DNA from: Nemertoderma westbladi
Taxonomy: Eukaryota; Animalia; Xenacoelomorpha
NCBI GenBank assembly: GCA_032718475.1
Contig: JAUCBJ010000981.1
Span: 1-64,000 of the forward strand
DNA length: 64,000 nucleotides
Direction: 5' to 3'
Shown: positions 1 through 13,288 of the stretch, piece by piece
Numbering within the stretch: position 1 is the stretch's first letter
How the letters are laid out: every line of letters begins with the position of its first letter
Made by a program: the position numbers and the translations under genes
The notes under the pieces: model-generated
Database searches by the model: none
What the model was told of the DNA's origin: nothing
What the model saw: only the letters and a program-made list of their open reading frames with translations

Positions 1-1111
1 AGGGGAAATTCGACGCAAATAACAGCTGATTACTCTCAAAAATAAAACTGTAACCTGTTCTATTGTGTTTAGTTTATAGTTTTGGTTAAAATATCGTGCC
101 ACTGTAACCTACTCATTTCCCTAAATTGAGATTTTAACATTGAGGCGGGATATTAATTCGCCAAGGCGGGTTTTGCGCCCGTTTCCACCTGTCTCCGAGC
201 TTCAAATATTGACTAGCACATTGTTTGTTTTTAATGGTGAACGCAGATGATTAATTTTATTTTGATATTCATAGCATTTTATATAAACTCTTTTCTCTTG
301 GCTGTTACCTATAAGGCATGATATCCGCCACGCTTACTCTCTATACTACTCTATGTACTATTAGTATGATAATGTTTAACCATCCGAGGCAAAGAAAGTT
401 TTATATTGCTTCCAGACAAGGATTTAATGGGGAATTCAAATCTCTTTTAGTTCTCGAGTTTTCCTGGAATATCTGTCTTCCAATCTGTTTGTCAAAATTT
501 AAGACAGACAAACAGACAACAGACCAACGGACAGACTAGATTCCACCAAATATTAAAACTGACATCGGAAATGAATTCAACGACCCCGAAAACCCCCATA
601 AATATAATTTTAGCTCGGTGTTGTGCTCCCTTCCTGTCAGACACTATTAACCAACCAGACCCCATACAGGCAATTTTACGCGGGAAGGTTTGAAATTTGA
701 AGGCAATTACCTCTCAATTAAATTTTTTCACACGAAAAAATACTACTCCTCCGCCGTTTTTTGCAATTTTTGATTTATATGAAAGGGAACTTCATAAGCT
801 TCAATAAATTTCGACCTGTTATCTTGATTTTATAATAATCATTATTTCATTTATTTCAACGCAACACTAATACAATATAAGTATTATGGTTGGAGATACA
901 GTATACGTCACCAATATTGATTTCACCATTAATAACGACTATGCACAGTATGAATCATGACATGTTCCATAGATTTAGTAAACCACACAAACCACTGGTT
1001 TACGGGGCGGCGACAACGTACTACAATGGTGTTTATGTTCTACAACATGGATTAACAAGCCATATACTGTATAACAATATATACCTACAGATATTAATAA
1101 ACAGCACTGGA

Positions 1112-1363
1112 GAATAACTAGAGTGATAACCTGTAACAACAGCAACCGAGAAGCCAATTGGCGGGGGTTATTACACAGTTCCATTTTTGATTAGTGTTTA
1201 TTATTATACAGTACTATGCTAAGTTGACATATTTGTGGGAATAACTTGAGTGATAACCTGTAACAACAGCAACCGAGAAGCCAATTGGCGGGGGTTATTA
1301 CACAGTTCCATTTTTGATTAGTGTTTATTATTATACAGTACTATGCTAAGTTTACATATTTGT
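1112..1363. repeat. 127-bp tandem duplication in the LINE 3' UTR
   Basis: gaataact(a/t)gagtgataacctgtaacaacagcaacc... starts at 1112 and again at 1239, nearly identical. Confidence 0.9.
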
Positions 1364-1966
1364 TCATGTTCACATGTTTTGTTATCGTATGTACATCGTA
1401 TCATATTTACCTCGTTTTTATCTTAATTATTATTACCTATGATAAATTTTGACGAGATTTGAACGCATAGAATAAGAATAGTGCTAATTTCCTTGTGATT
1501 GCCTGAGAGTATTTGATAGCAGAAGCTTGAATTTGTGGGGATTGGGACGTTGATGATACCAATTGTCGATGTACTTGGTGCGGAGTTCCGAATATTTGGG
1601 ACAAACGAGTGCAAAGTGCAGTTCGTCTTCTATTTGGTTCAGGTTACATAGTTCGCAAATTCTTTCAGTTCGCGGAACCCTACGCCATCGCCCGGCCTCA
1701 ATTTGCAATTGGCTTTAGGCTGTCCAGATACGGTTCGGTTCCAAAGCTCCTTTTGCTATATAACTGTCCTTTAGGGGATCCGGCCAGAGCTGACCACCAT
1801 CCTTGCACAAATTGGTCTTTGATAATTTTTTTTACTTTGAACAAAAACTGGCGTTCTGAATTTATCGCTTGGTCTTGCCACACCCAGGGTAAACCCAGAC
1901 TGTTTATGAGGTCCCTTGTAAGTGACACCCAGTTAACCACTGAGTTGTCGTTCAGTACATCCTGAT

Positions 1967-2241
1967 TGTCGTGCAATATATTATTTTATCCACTTATGAG
2001 ATCATACCTCACACTTACATTAATTGATTTACTGTGCAAACAATATGATACAAGTTACAGTACCACTTTATGTGCCAACATGTGTTCGACTCATACTATA
2101 ATTAATTTGATATATGAAGTATTGAGGTGACGGGATTTGTGTAGATTAATTAACATTTATATTATCAAGAAAACAGTAAAGTTTTACATTAAAAGATCAT
2201 TTTCCATTACAACCAAGTAATTGGTTGATACATGTACGACA
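1967..2241 (+). repeat. 5' LTR of the BEL/Pao element
   Basis: Identical by eye to 8431-8705; TG...CA termini. Confidence 0.97.
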
Positions 2242-2251
2242 TGGCGCCCGA
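2242..2251 (+). promoter_or_regulatory. Primer binding site (tRNA-Lys-like)
   Basis: TGGCGCCCGA directly after the 5' LTR matches the first 10 nt of the tRNA-Lys(UUU) PBS. Confidence 0.75.
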
Positions 2252-2341
2252 TAAAAATTTATAATTGTATTTAAATTGAGTAATTTATTACATTTGAGTA
2301 AGTTCACTGGTATTATTGAAACGGCATCATCATCATTCATC

Positions 2342-5300
2342 ATGGCAATGTCGGAAGAAAAGGAATTGCGTCAACTACGTGGATCAAGGAAGGGCATTCG
2401 GTCGGCTACCACAATCTCCATCGACTCCATAGAGGACGACATTGGCACTCTCAACATTGAAAGTCGAACAAGTAAGATAGCGACACTCGAAAACTACAGA
2501 GAAAGACTAAACATTATTAACGAAAAGATTTGGTCACTGATGGAAGATGACATTGTAGAAACTGACACTGAAGGTGCAGTGAAGTATGAGGTTAGACTAT
2601 CTGACACTATCACTAAACTCAAACTCTCAATTTCCGGTGCTAATTATGCAGATTATCAAGGTACTGTAGTACAAAATCAGTCTGAGATTAATGAAAATTT
2701 TGTACCGGTACAGCCAAGTAACGTTCCTACATTTCATAGTAGTAGTATAGTAGCGCGTTCTGTCTTGCCAAAATTACAACCACCAAAATTTAATGGTAAC
2801 CCTCTCAATTATTGTGGCTGGAGGGATGCATTCCAATCAGCAATTCATGATTCTGGGCTTCCAGATGTGCTAAAATTACAACACTTAATACAAAGTTTGG
2901 AGGGACCAGCCAAATCAGTCGTAGCGGGACTTCCTGTAACAGGGGATAACTACAGTATAGCTATGTAATTATTAAAAGAGCAGTTTGGGCAGGAGAGTCG
3001 AATAATAAATTGTCACATTGAACAGTTACGTAACATTTCACATAGGTTAGGCAAAGCGAGCACCCTCCGACAAGTTTATGATACCTGCACATCAAATATA
3101 AGAGCATTGGAAGCATTGGGGGTTACAACAGTTGAGTACCAAAGAATAGTTATTCCAGATATTTTAAGGGTACTATCAGTTGATATAACAAAACTGTTGT
3201 TAAGACACACAGAAAACAAGGTTGATAATTTAGAGTGGGTAATGGCACAGCTGAAAATCCATTTAGCCACGGAAGATGCTGTAGCGGAATTATCTCAAAG
3301 CAATAAAGCAGTTTATGGAAGTATTAATCAATCATATGCAATGCCAAGCGCATCAGCACTGGTAGTGTCGAATTCAGCAACTAATAAATATACAAATAAC
3401 AACTACAGAGCAAACAATATGCAGCGTTTTGATACCCGAAACTCACGCCAGTCAGAGCAAACGGTATCAAACTTCTCCAGACCAGCATCAGCAGCAATGC
3501 CCCACTGCGTGTATTGCAAACAAGGACACTACTCATCAACGTGTCACATAATAGCAGATGTTGAACAAAGGAGGAATTTTTTAACTACAAACAATCGTTG
3601 TTATAAGTGCCTCGACAACTCTCATCAAATACGACATTGCAGAAGAAAGAAACCGTGTTACATATGTCACTCTCACGGTCACCACACATCGATTTGTAGA
3701 AAAAACACCAAGCCAAATCCAACACATATACAAGCACCAGTAGTTATTACAAACACTGAATCAACAGAACCAATTTCAGGATTACAAATGGTCATGCCAC
3801 ATTGTGACGAAACAGATGGTGACGTTCTTTTACAAACAGCAGTTGTACGCTGTTTGCTTGCATCAAATCAGGAGTGCATCATTAACATATTATTTGATCC
3901 AGGCGCACAAATTACATTTATAACAAAACGGTTTGCGGATAAACATTATTTACCGTTGTGCGGTAAACAAGGTAGTGAGGTAGGAGGTTTTGGAGGTGTC
4001 AGCACAGAGCCAAATATTTATGATGTCACTCAGCTGACTTTAATTTTACGTGATGGTTCTATGAAGAATATTAAAGCATTAATAACACACAATATTTGCC
4101 CACCACTAAAGGCAGGGATTGGAAATAAAGCATGGAAAGAAACATGTACATTAGACTTACAAGCTTCGGAGTTGGCTGATCCTTCAATAAGTATTCCAAA
4201 TAACGGAGGTGATTTCATTATCGATTTGTTGGTGGGAGCCGATCAGTATTGGAACTTGGTTTCCGGGTCAGAGTTGAGAGCAACTAACTCTGATCTTGTG
4301 GCACTGGATAGCGGAGTGGGTTGGTTGCTTTCGGGAAAACTTTCTTACAATACACATTTAAGTCATTCTAACCCACACAACATTGGATCTTGTATGTCTA
4401 TCATCACTAAGATTACAAACACAGATTCAGATACATTAGATGAAAATGAAAATGACGTAATTTTAAAATTACTGCAAGCATTCTGGACATTAGAAAGTAT
4501 AGGTATAACTTCACCCAATGACTTTGATGACCCTAAGAATGTTTTAAAGGAAATAGTATTCATTAATGGAATGTATTCCGTTTCATTACCATGGAAGTTA
4601 GCACCTAGCAGTTTGCAGGACCACTATTGTCTGTGTCTTAAACAACTAGCATCATTAATACACAGATTACAGAAGATGGGCATTTTACAAAGATATCATG
4701 ACGTCATAACGGATCATCTTTCCAAAGGCTATATCGAACCAGTAGATCATAGGGAACCAATAAGTAAGGATCAAGTAGTACATTACATTCCACATCATGG
4801 GGTGTTGAGAGAAACTCGATTAAGCACAAAATTAAGAGTTGTATTTAATGCATCAGCTAGAACATTTCCTACCGACCTATCATTGAATGATTGTTTAGAA
4901 TCTGGCTCGCATTTATTTCCAAATTTGTGTCATTCATTGCTACACTTCAGGCTTCACAGCATAGGAATCACTGCCGATATTGAACAAGCCTTCCTACGCT
5001 GCCAGATAAATGAAAATGATCAAAACTGTTTACGTTTTTTGTGGATTAAAAGCTGCTCAGGCATTGTTATTGAAGAAGCAAACATTCAGGCATATCGATA
5101 CACAAGGGCTCTTTTTGGGCTCACTTGTTCACCTCATATTTTGGGAGGGATTGTAAAGCACCATTTGGACATTGAATCAAAAAGAACTGATCTACAACAG
5201 AGTGAAAGGGATGCTATTGAGAAGTTGCGTGAGATTCATGTGGACGATTTATGTTCAGGAGCCAATTTGGTAGAAGAAGGTAGATTGTTGCAAACAACAT

Positions 5301-8152
5301 GTAAATCTATTTTAGGACGGGCGGGATTTAAAATTAGACGGTGGACCACAAATAGTTGTGAGTTACAAAGAATGTTTAATACAGTTGAAGAAAGGGCAAG
5401 CAACTGTAATAATCGCATAGCAGAAAGTATAATTGAGGAAGATCAATCATTTGCAAAAACGAATCTCAGTTTATCACCACCTCAAACGAATACTGTAAGA
5501 CGCGTGCTTGGTCAATGTTGGGATTTGTCAACAGATACACTTGGCTATGACGTTTTGCCAGTATATAACTTTATTGCAACTCTCCCTTTAACAAAAAAAG
5601 TCATTCTTCAACTTTCAGCAAGGTTGTACGACCCTCTTGGTTTACTTTCACCATTTACGGCTCAATTTAAGGTCATGTTTCAAGAACTTTGTAAGACTAA
5701 AGTAAGTTTAGAGTGGAATAGTCCATTACCAGATCATATGGTTAAGGTATTCAAGAAATGGTTAGAAGATATACCTCATATAAATAATATAACTGTGCCA
5801 CGATATCTATTTGATACTACAAGAGACATTGCTACGTTTGAAATACACGGATTCTCAGACGCTAACAAATATATTTATGCAGGTGCAGGTGTGGCATATA
5901 TTCGCACAACTTACACAGATAACACATCAAGTGTGAAACTATTAGCATCGAAAGCAAAGGTTAACCCAGTACCAAAAAAGGGAAACTCTTTGGGTACACC
6001 ACGACTCGAACTCTTAGGAGCACTCATTATGATAAGATTAATTACATTTGTCAAACAAGGTCTAAAATTACCATGCAAAGTTTACTTGTGGTCAGATGCA
6101 GTAGATGTAATTTACTGGATAAAAGCGACTAGTTCAAACTGCAAACAGTGGGTTCAATCCAGGGTTACGGATATACGTTCATTAACTCAACAATTGAAAG
6201 GCCAGTGGCGGTTTTGTCCAGGAATACAAAATCCGGCCGACTTACCCACAAGAGGTATGACAGCAGAACAACTCATAAAGGCAACTACTTGGTTCAATGG
6301 CCCAAAGTTCTTAAGCGCAGAAGAGGAAACTTGGCCAAACAAATTAGTTATAGATCCAATAGAGGTATCCCAAGATTGTCTAAAGGAATTCAAATCATCC
6401 ATTGTAGCTGTTACGACCATTAAATCATCCGATGAAGTTATTAGCAATTGTTTCCCATACTCCAATTATAGCAATCATACTGTAATTATACGAAAGCTTG
6501 CGTGGGTGCTCAGGTTTGTGAGCAACATTCGGGCAAGCATACACAAACACCAGCTTTCCCTAAGTGTAGTTCCTTCGGCAGAAGAAATGACTCAAGCGGA
6601 AATTACACTACTTCGAATGATACAATTAGAACATTATAAACCAGAATTAGAATACTTGCAACAACCGAAACGTGGTCGATGTCCAAACATTATTAAGCAA
6701 TTAAACTTATTTATTGACCACCAAGGTGTATTACGCTCCAAAGGTAGAGCACAGACCCCATACTTAACATGGCAGGCTCAAAATCCAATACTACTCCCAC
6801 CGAAAGATCATTTCACTAAGCTAGTAATTTTAAATGCTCATCATAAAGTTATGCATTCACGTGTAAGAGACACGCTGGTACAAATACGGGAAAGATATTG
6901 GATCCCCCGAGCACGTCAAGTCATTAAGAATGTTTTACGAAACTGTGTAACCTGTAAAAGAATACAAGGCAGACCTTATACAAAACAGGAAACAAGTCTT
7001 TTGCCCATTGAACGCATGACTATCGACACAAGTCCCTTTACTAATGTCGGGATAGATTTTGCAGGACCAGTGATGGCAGTTAGATCTCTTTCCGATCTGA
7101 TCGGTTCAACATTTAAGGTTTATATATGTCTGTTCACTTGTGCCGTAGTAAGAGCAGTGTACTTGGAACTCGTGACCAGCTTAAGTGTTGCAGCATTTAT
7201 CAGTGCATTCCGGCGATTTATAGCAAGACGTGGAGTTCCAGCATTAATTTTTAGTGACAATGCTTCTACATTCAAACGATCAGCAGTAGATATCAAACTC
7301 TATAACAAATTTCTTGACAGTGACATAGTACGCAAGGAGTTTGGAGAACTCTTAACAAAATGGGTATTTAATGTAGAATGCTACCCGGCGGCATATGGCT
7401 TTATAGAGCATTTGGTCGGTGTGACCAAAGGAGTTCTTCGCAAGACGTTAGGGAGAGCAGTTTTAACTGAGGAGGAAATTCGTACTGTACTTACATCATG
7501 TGAGGCAGTTGTTAATAGCAGACCACTAACCTTTATTTATAGCGACAGCAAAGAAAATTACCAGATATTGACACCCAGCCATTTCTTGGTAGGAAAAAGA
7601 CTTTGTGCACTTCCATCCCCTACTGTAAAATCAATTAATCTAGATTTGTCTCGAACGAATCTTATAAATCGACTTAAATATCAAGAAAGAGCGTCCAATT
7701 TATATTGGAAATTATTTCGAGAAGAATACGTCGCAGAACTTCGGCAACACCATCGTTCCCAAAATCACAATAACAGAAACACAATCATCCCTAAGGTTGG
7801 AGATATGTGTTTACTTCTTGATGAAAAACTTCCAAGATGTCTCTGGAAGTTGTGTATGGTTAACAAGTTGATAGTAAGTCGTGATGGAGTTATTCGCGCA
7901 ATAACAGTAAATGTTGCTGAAAGAGGTCAGGAAGCAAGACTTCTTACTCGTTCCATACGTCATGTTATTCCATTGGAAATAACAGCGGACAAACCAACTG
8001 ACACGACTATTAAACCAGATAAAGATAATCTCAAGCCAGTTCCAGTAGACAATAAGATAACAAACGATGAGACAGCGATCATAGCTCACAATTCTCGTCT
8101 TTCACGCTTGGCTAAGAGAAAAATAAAACCAGGATTTTACAATGCAAAATAA
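2342..8152 (+). pseudogene. BEL/Pao gag-pol polyprotein with one in-frame TAA at 2966-2968
   Basis: ORFs 2276-2968 and 3107-8152 are in the same frame. Motifs: LPKLQPPKFNG capsid-like region, triple Cys/His knuckle (CVYC..H..C, CYKC..H..C, CYIC..HH..IC), protease LFDPGAQ, RT (ADIEQAF, HVDD), Pao RNase H (HGFSDA), integrase (IDFAGP, SDNASTF) and a BEL-type C-terminus. Confidence 0.93.
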
Positions 8153-8430
8153 TTACATACAGTATTGAACAAATTCGAGTTGGATTATGTAACTTTATTA
8201 TATATTTAGTGAATATTTGTGTGTTCTACTTAGTATTATACTAGTGCGTTATTGTTTATATAGCGGAAACGTATGTAAGTTTATGTAGTTCTGTAAATGA
8301 AAATTACTTTCAATTTACAATTATGTACTGTATAATTTATTTATTGTGTTGAGGGATAAATCATATCAGTACAGTAGTGTTATGTAATTATTTTATTGAT
8401 TTAGATTTTGCATGATATGCAAGGGAGGAG

Positions 8431-8705
8431 TGTCGTGCAATATATTATTTTATCCACTTATGAGATCATACCTCACACTTACATTAATTGATTTACTGTG
8501 CAAACAATATGATACAAGTTACAGTACCACTTTATGTGCCAACATGTGTTCGACTCATACTATAATTAATTTGATATATGAAGTATTGAGGTGACGGGAT
8601 TTGTGTAGATTAATTAACATTTATATTATCAAGAAAACAGTAAAGTTTTACATTAAAAGATCATTTTCCATTACAACCAAGTAATTGGTTGATACATGTA
8701 CGACA
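8431..8705 (+). repeat. 3' LTR of the BEL/Pao element
   Basis: Preceded by the PPT and followed by TSD CTGAT. Confidence 0.97.
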
Positions 8706-11362
8706 CTGATAAAGAAGATTGTACATTTGTTTTAGTAACCGGTTATCTGGCAACTTTATTATGCGCGTCCAAAATTTTACAATGTAAAATTTTCGACGCA
8801 AGGCTAAAGGTACCGCGCCACTTTCCCCGTATACCATAAAATTTGGTGTACTGCGCTTTATTCCTAAAACCCTTTTAATGAATCCCAAATGGACACGTTC
8901 GGCAGCCGGTGCCATGTGAAAGCCCCACACCTCTGATCCGTACATAAGTATAGGTAATATTAAACATTCGAATAGTCTGTATCGCAATTCGAATGTAACA
9001 TTTGGGAAACAGTTAAGGTGCCTAAAAAGTGAAAACAGTGCTTTCTGCGCCTTTTCGGCAAGCACCTTTTGGGCAGTTGAGAATTTCCCTGTGGTGGTAA
9101 AATCGATTCCCAAGTAAGTATATTGGGACACCACCTCGACTACCTTTGATTTATAGAACCATTTATTACTTAGGGTGCCCCCTTTTCTAAACACTATAAT
9201 CTTTGTCTTTGCCAAATTTACCTCAAGAGACCAGTAATCCGCAAACGAACCCAATGTGTCCAAAGATGTCTGCAGTTTTGTTGCGCTATTTGCCATGAGA
9301 ATGACGTCATCAGCGTATAATAGGAGGAACAACTGTAGATGACCTACATGTAGACCCTCAAACCCAACAGCTGCCAATTCCACCTCCAAGTCGTTCAAGA
9401 ATAGAGAGAATAGAAGGGGGGATAAAGCATCCCCTTGCATTACCCCTACAAGTATATCGAACTGATCGGAATAATTACTGTTCCACCTAACCCGAGCCTT
9501 AGCTGCGCTGTAAATGCTCTTTACGATTCCGAAGATTTTTCCTCCAAAGCCTAAACTACCAAGTTTTATCCAAAGGGCCTTGTGGTTAACGCTATCGAAC
9601 GCACGACGAAAGTCAACGAAAGCGCAGTATAATTTATTCTCAGATTGTTTTGTGAAGTGGGAAATAAGACCATGGAGAATAAGAATGTGATCAGTCGCTC
9701 CGTTACCTGTTCTGAACCCACCTTGGGCTTCCGATCTAGCACCTGTGCAATCGGCCCACCATGTCAGTCTTGCGTTTATAATTCCTGTGAAAAGTTTACC
9801 AACACAACTCAGAAGCGAAATTCCTCGGTAATTACTCGAATCTAGCCTGTCTCCCTTGTTCTTATATATCGGGTTAATTAGTGCGGTCGCCCATGCCTCC
9901 GGAAAATATTCTACATAAAGCACTGCATTGAATAATACAGTCAAGGTGGGGGTTAACTGCTCTTCACCTTCCATTAAGAATTCATTAATTAGTAAGTCTA
10001 TACCTGCTGCCTTACCCCGCTTTAGTCTATGGATAGCTAATTTGACTTCCTCTTCAGTGAATGGTTGGGATATATATGATTCTAGAATGGATTTACTTTC
10101 TTGTACATTGATATTAACTCTAGGTGGTATTCCCATATCTTCAAAGTTGTTTGTATTGCTGCTACTTAAGTCACTGTAATATTTATAAAACTCTTCAACA
10201 CTGGGGGATACCATATTAGCGCTACCTTTACCACTGGCGTTTGCTAGTAGTTTCCAGAATTTTTTTGTTTCGGAAACCCTAGATTTTTCAAGTAGCTGTG
10301 ATTGGTCCTTTTTGTAACTAATGCGTGCTTGCTTCAATGACTTCCGATACGTGTTGCGTGCAGGGGTCATTGCCCTATGAGATTCCTCGTTCCTAGTGCG
10401 CTTCCAGTTTGTCACGGCTGTTTGAAATAGACATCTGTTATTTCGACAATCATCATTGTACCACGGGTGAGATACTCTAGACGAATCATTTGTAGCGCTC
10501 AGTTTGTTAGCGGACGCAAAATATTTGTCAGCCACCCCTCATAAACTATCACATAATTTTTCTGCCGCACAGTCGATATCGTTTTTCTCTATTTTGCCGC
10601 AAGTAACTAAGTCAATCACATCGTCTAACTTAGCCTGGAATTCAGGTGAAGCTAAGTCTTGTTTAAATTTGGACGAATATTTTTCTTTCCAGAAGTACTT
10701 TTTGTTATTGTTTATAGTAGTCCCTTGAGTATCGGACTGGTTAGTTCTGGGTGAAGTTTGTAGCTGCGATATAGTGTTACCTGTAATAATATTTCCCCAT
10801 TATTTAAAGAAAATTAGAAAAAAACATAGGTTTTATCATTTTTTTTTTAATTTTGAATTTTTTTTCACAAAATTGCCAATTTTCAGAAATAGAAAATGAA
10901 AATACAAAAAGTGGTCGAAAAATATGATGAAAATTAACATGCTGGTTCCTAAAATGTGGTATAGAAAAATAGAAATGGAAAAGAGTGGAGGAGAGCCTAT
11001 TTAGCGAAATTCTTTAAAACTCGTGCCAGCCGCTAGAGGGCGCTAAAAAAATGTTATCATTTAGGTACACATAACGTGGGATTGGTGTCCCAGTTAGCAG
11101 ATTTTCGAACTCGAGATCACACCCTCCTAGTAGCAGGAGGCGGAAAAACCATCCATCAGTTGGTGAATTCATTTCGGTGCTCCACATTGCACTATATTGA
11201 AAATTTTTCGAAAGATAATCTTAGAAGAATGAGTATACTATTATTGAGAGATCTTTGCATACATTTATAAAAAAAACCTTGACAGTTTTTCCGCATTTAT
11301 ACATAAATACACCTAAATACATAAACTATTTATAAAATATTTGAGCTTTTATTATAACACAC

Positions 11363-11556
11363 CTGTCCAGAGACATAATGAAAAGATTGAATATGCTGGC
11401 AGTAGAGACAACATAATCTATGCATAGCCACATGCGACATGCGATTGGACCCAAATCCCAGTGATCATGCAAGGTGTATGCGGCACTGATGGGCATAACC
11501 AATCCTCCAACAATACAATCAGCAGTGGCTAGGCTCAATATAAACGTGTTTCCAAC
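11363..11556 (-). CDS. Exon of an aminergic class A GPCR (histamine H1 receptor-like), TM2-TM3
   Basis: Encodes VGNTFILSLATADCIVGGLVMPI...WLCIDYVVSTASIFNLFIMSLDR, with the amine-binding Asp in TM3. Acceptor TTGCAG| (phase 0); donor AG|GTGTGT splits the DRY motif (phase 2). Confidence 0.93.
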
Positions 11557-12129
11557 CTGCAAGATAAAATATGAGGAGACATAATATTGATTGAAAGTTT
11601 CTTTGGAATGAATTGGGTTATGAAAGAATGTCGTATGTCCTAGTTCATGGGCTTGAAAACCAACCCCAGGCTATTAAACAGAAATATAATACTTTTACCA
11701 AATTACCTTTGGGTAAACTAATAAATGGGTAAAATTCTTATTGATAAGAATTTTCCTCATTTTTTGGTTTACGTTAAGGTAAACCTTCATTGTTGAAGAC
11801 AATGAAGAAGCTACAGCGTTCATGAAAGCTGATGCCATAGGATGATATTGGGTACAGGTTGATCGCTCCTGTCACATATCTGTAGTGTTGTTTCTGCAAG
11901 GTGTTGCTCTGTGTACTAAACCTTGACTATTGGTATTATGGGATGTGATGCTAACCCTTTACTCACAGGTAATATCATGGTCATAATACATCATATCATA
12001 TCATATCATAATCATATCATAATACCATATCATTGATATCATCCAGTCCTCAGCCTTAGAGGTAAGCAAAGAACTATATCAAGGACTTATCCAGTTCCTT
12101 GCATATGGCCTACTATACCAATGTTGGCT

Positions 12130-12340
12130 TGCTGCATTACAGCTGCATTAATTAAGAATGCTGTGGCGGCTAGTCACCAAAATTGCGCCGCCACAACTCC
12201 CTATCACCCATGACTTTCACAAGATCATCCGCATTTCCAGGGCCAGTGTCCTTTAAGAGGCGTCTCAAGAAAGTCATGGGCTGTCTACTATTCTTATCTC
12301 CACATGAGGCCGCCAAAGCACAATCACTGGCTGGTCCTCA
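12130..12340 (-). mobile_element. RTE LINE 3'-end fragment
   Basis: Reverse complement resembles 41290-41520. Confidence 0.8.
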
Positions 12341-13169
12341 CTGTGATTGAATTGGAAACAAATAAGTTGTAGCCAGTTCCAAAAAAAGGTAACCGAACAT
12401 TATAGATCTTTTCGTGAAATCTAATTGATCTCGATTGCTGTAAAACTATACAATATTAGATTATATTATTATCATTATTATTATATTATAATATTAATAA
12501 TAAATAAACAGTAATATAATATATTACTATATATATTATTATAAATTAGATTATTATTATTATATTTGAAACAGAGATTGTTTCACCCCCCTCCTCCTTG
12601 CGGGGTCGGGAGGTGAAACTTAAGGGAATTAAGATTTGTTTAAATTAGGATTTGTAATTTTTTTTTGGTTTTCGGGTGGGGTGGGGAGGGGGGGGTTCAG
12701 CTCCAACTACCTCAATAATGACACTATATACCAGAACATGGTGTATTTGTTTTTGGGCAGAGTGTCGTAATTACTTGTTTATCTCTATTGCTTGATGTTT
12801 GTCTAGTGTGTTAATTTGATCTCAATAAATAAATTACTTTGTGGCATTCTGTCAATAAACTAAGTGGCTGTTATCTACCGTGGTTTGGTTAGTGTATTTA
12901 TTAACTTTAAATGAGTTGTATATGTACATGAGTACATGTGTTACATGACATACAGCATATTGCATATTTAAATTATAATGTGATTCGAGTTATGAATACG
13001 GTGTTGATTTGGTATGCAGGCAGACATGCCTACTGCTACAGAAAGAGTTCCAGTAATTCTGTTATAATTCTGAATTCCTGGATGATTGAGATCAGATGCA
13101 AAATAGGTGATATCCCAGAGGAAAATCTATAATTGATACCAAAAATTGATTCTGCTTAAAATAGCTCAC

Positions 13170-13288
13170 CGTTTGAAGTCGCTTTACAGTTCTTATCGCG
13201 TATATGACCAATGCATTAGCAGCTGCTGTTAGGAGAGATAATACACCCAAGAGAAGTCCGACCAACACCATTCGTAACATGTTACCAC
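13170..13288 (-). CDS. Exon of the same GPCR, TM1
   Basis: Encodes GNMLRMVLVGLLLGVLSLLTAAANALVIYAIRTVKRLQT. Acceptor CTACAG| (phase 1); donor ACG|GTGAGC (phase 0) joins in frame to the 11556 exon, giving LQTVGN. Confidence 0.9.

Larger units (their letters stand above)
1967..8705 (+). mobile_element. Full-length BEL/Pao LTR retrotransposon
   Basis: 275-bp LTRs (TGTCGT...ACGACA) at 1967-2241 and 8431-8705. 5-bp TSD CTGAT at 1962-1966 and 8706-8710. PBS TGGCGCCCGA at 2242, PPT AAGGGAGGAG at 8421-8430. Domain order gag-PR-RT-RH-IN. Confidence 0.97.
845..10785 (-). mobile_element. 5'-truncated non-LTR retrotransposon (RTEX-like LINE), split by a BEL/Pao insertion at 1967-8705
   Basis: RT ORF 8661-10535 (NYRGISLLS, AFVDFRRAFDSV, GVMQGDALSPLLF, LLYADD). 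With the LTR element removed, the frame continues as ...NLLYQ|DVLNDNSVVNW (1698-1966). A C-terminal LQIEAGRW...RICELC...EDELHFALVCPKY zinc-finger follows at 1484-1708, and AATAAA lies near 850 on the minus strand. Ends are approximate. Confidence 0.85.

Noticed and set aside
2966-2968. Programmed gag-pol stop readthrough
   Set aside because: The stop lies inside the capsid-like region, upstream of the zinc knuckles, not at a gag/pol boundary.
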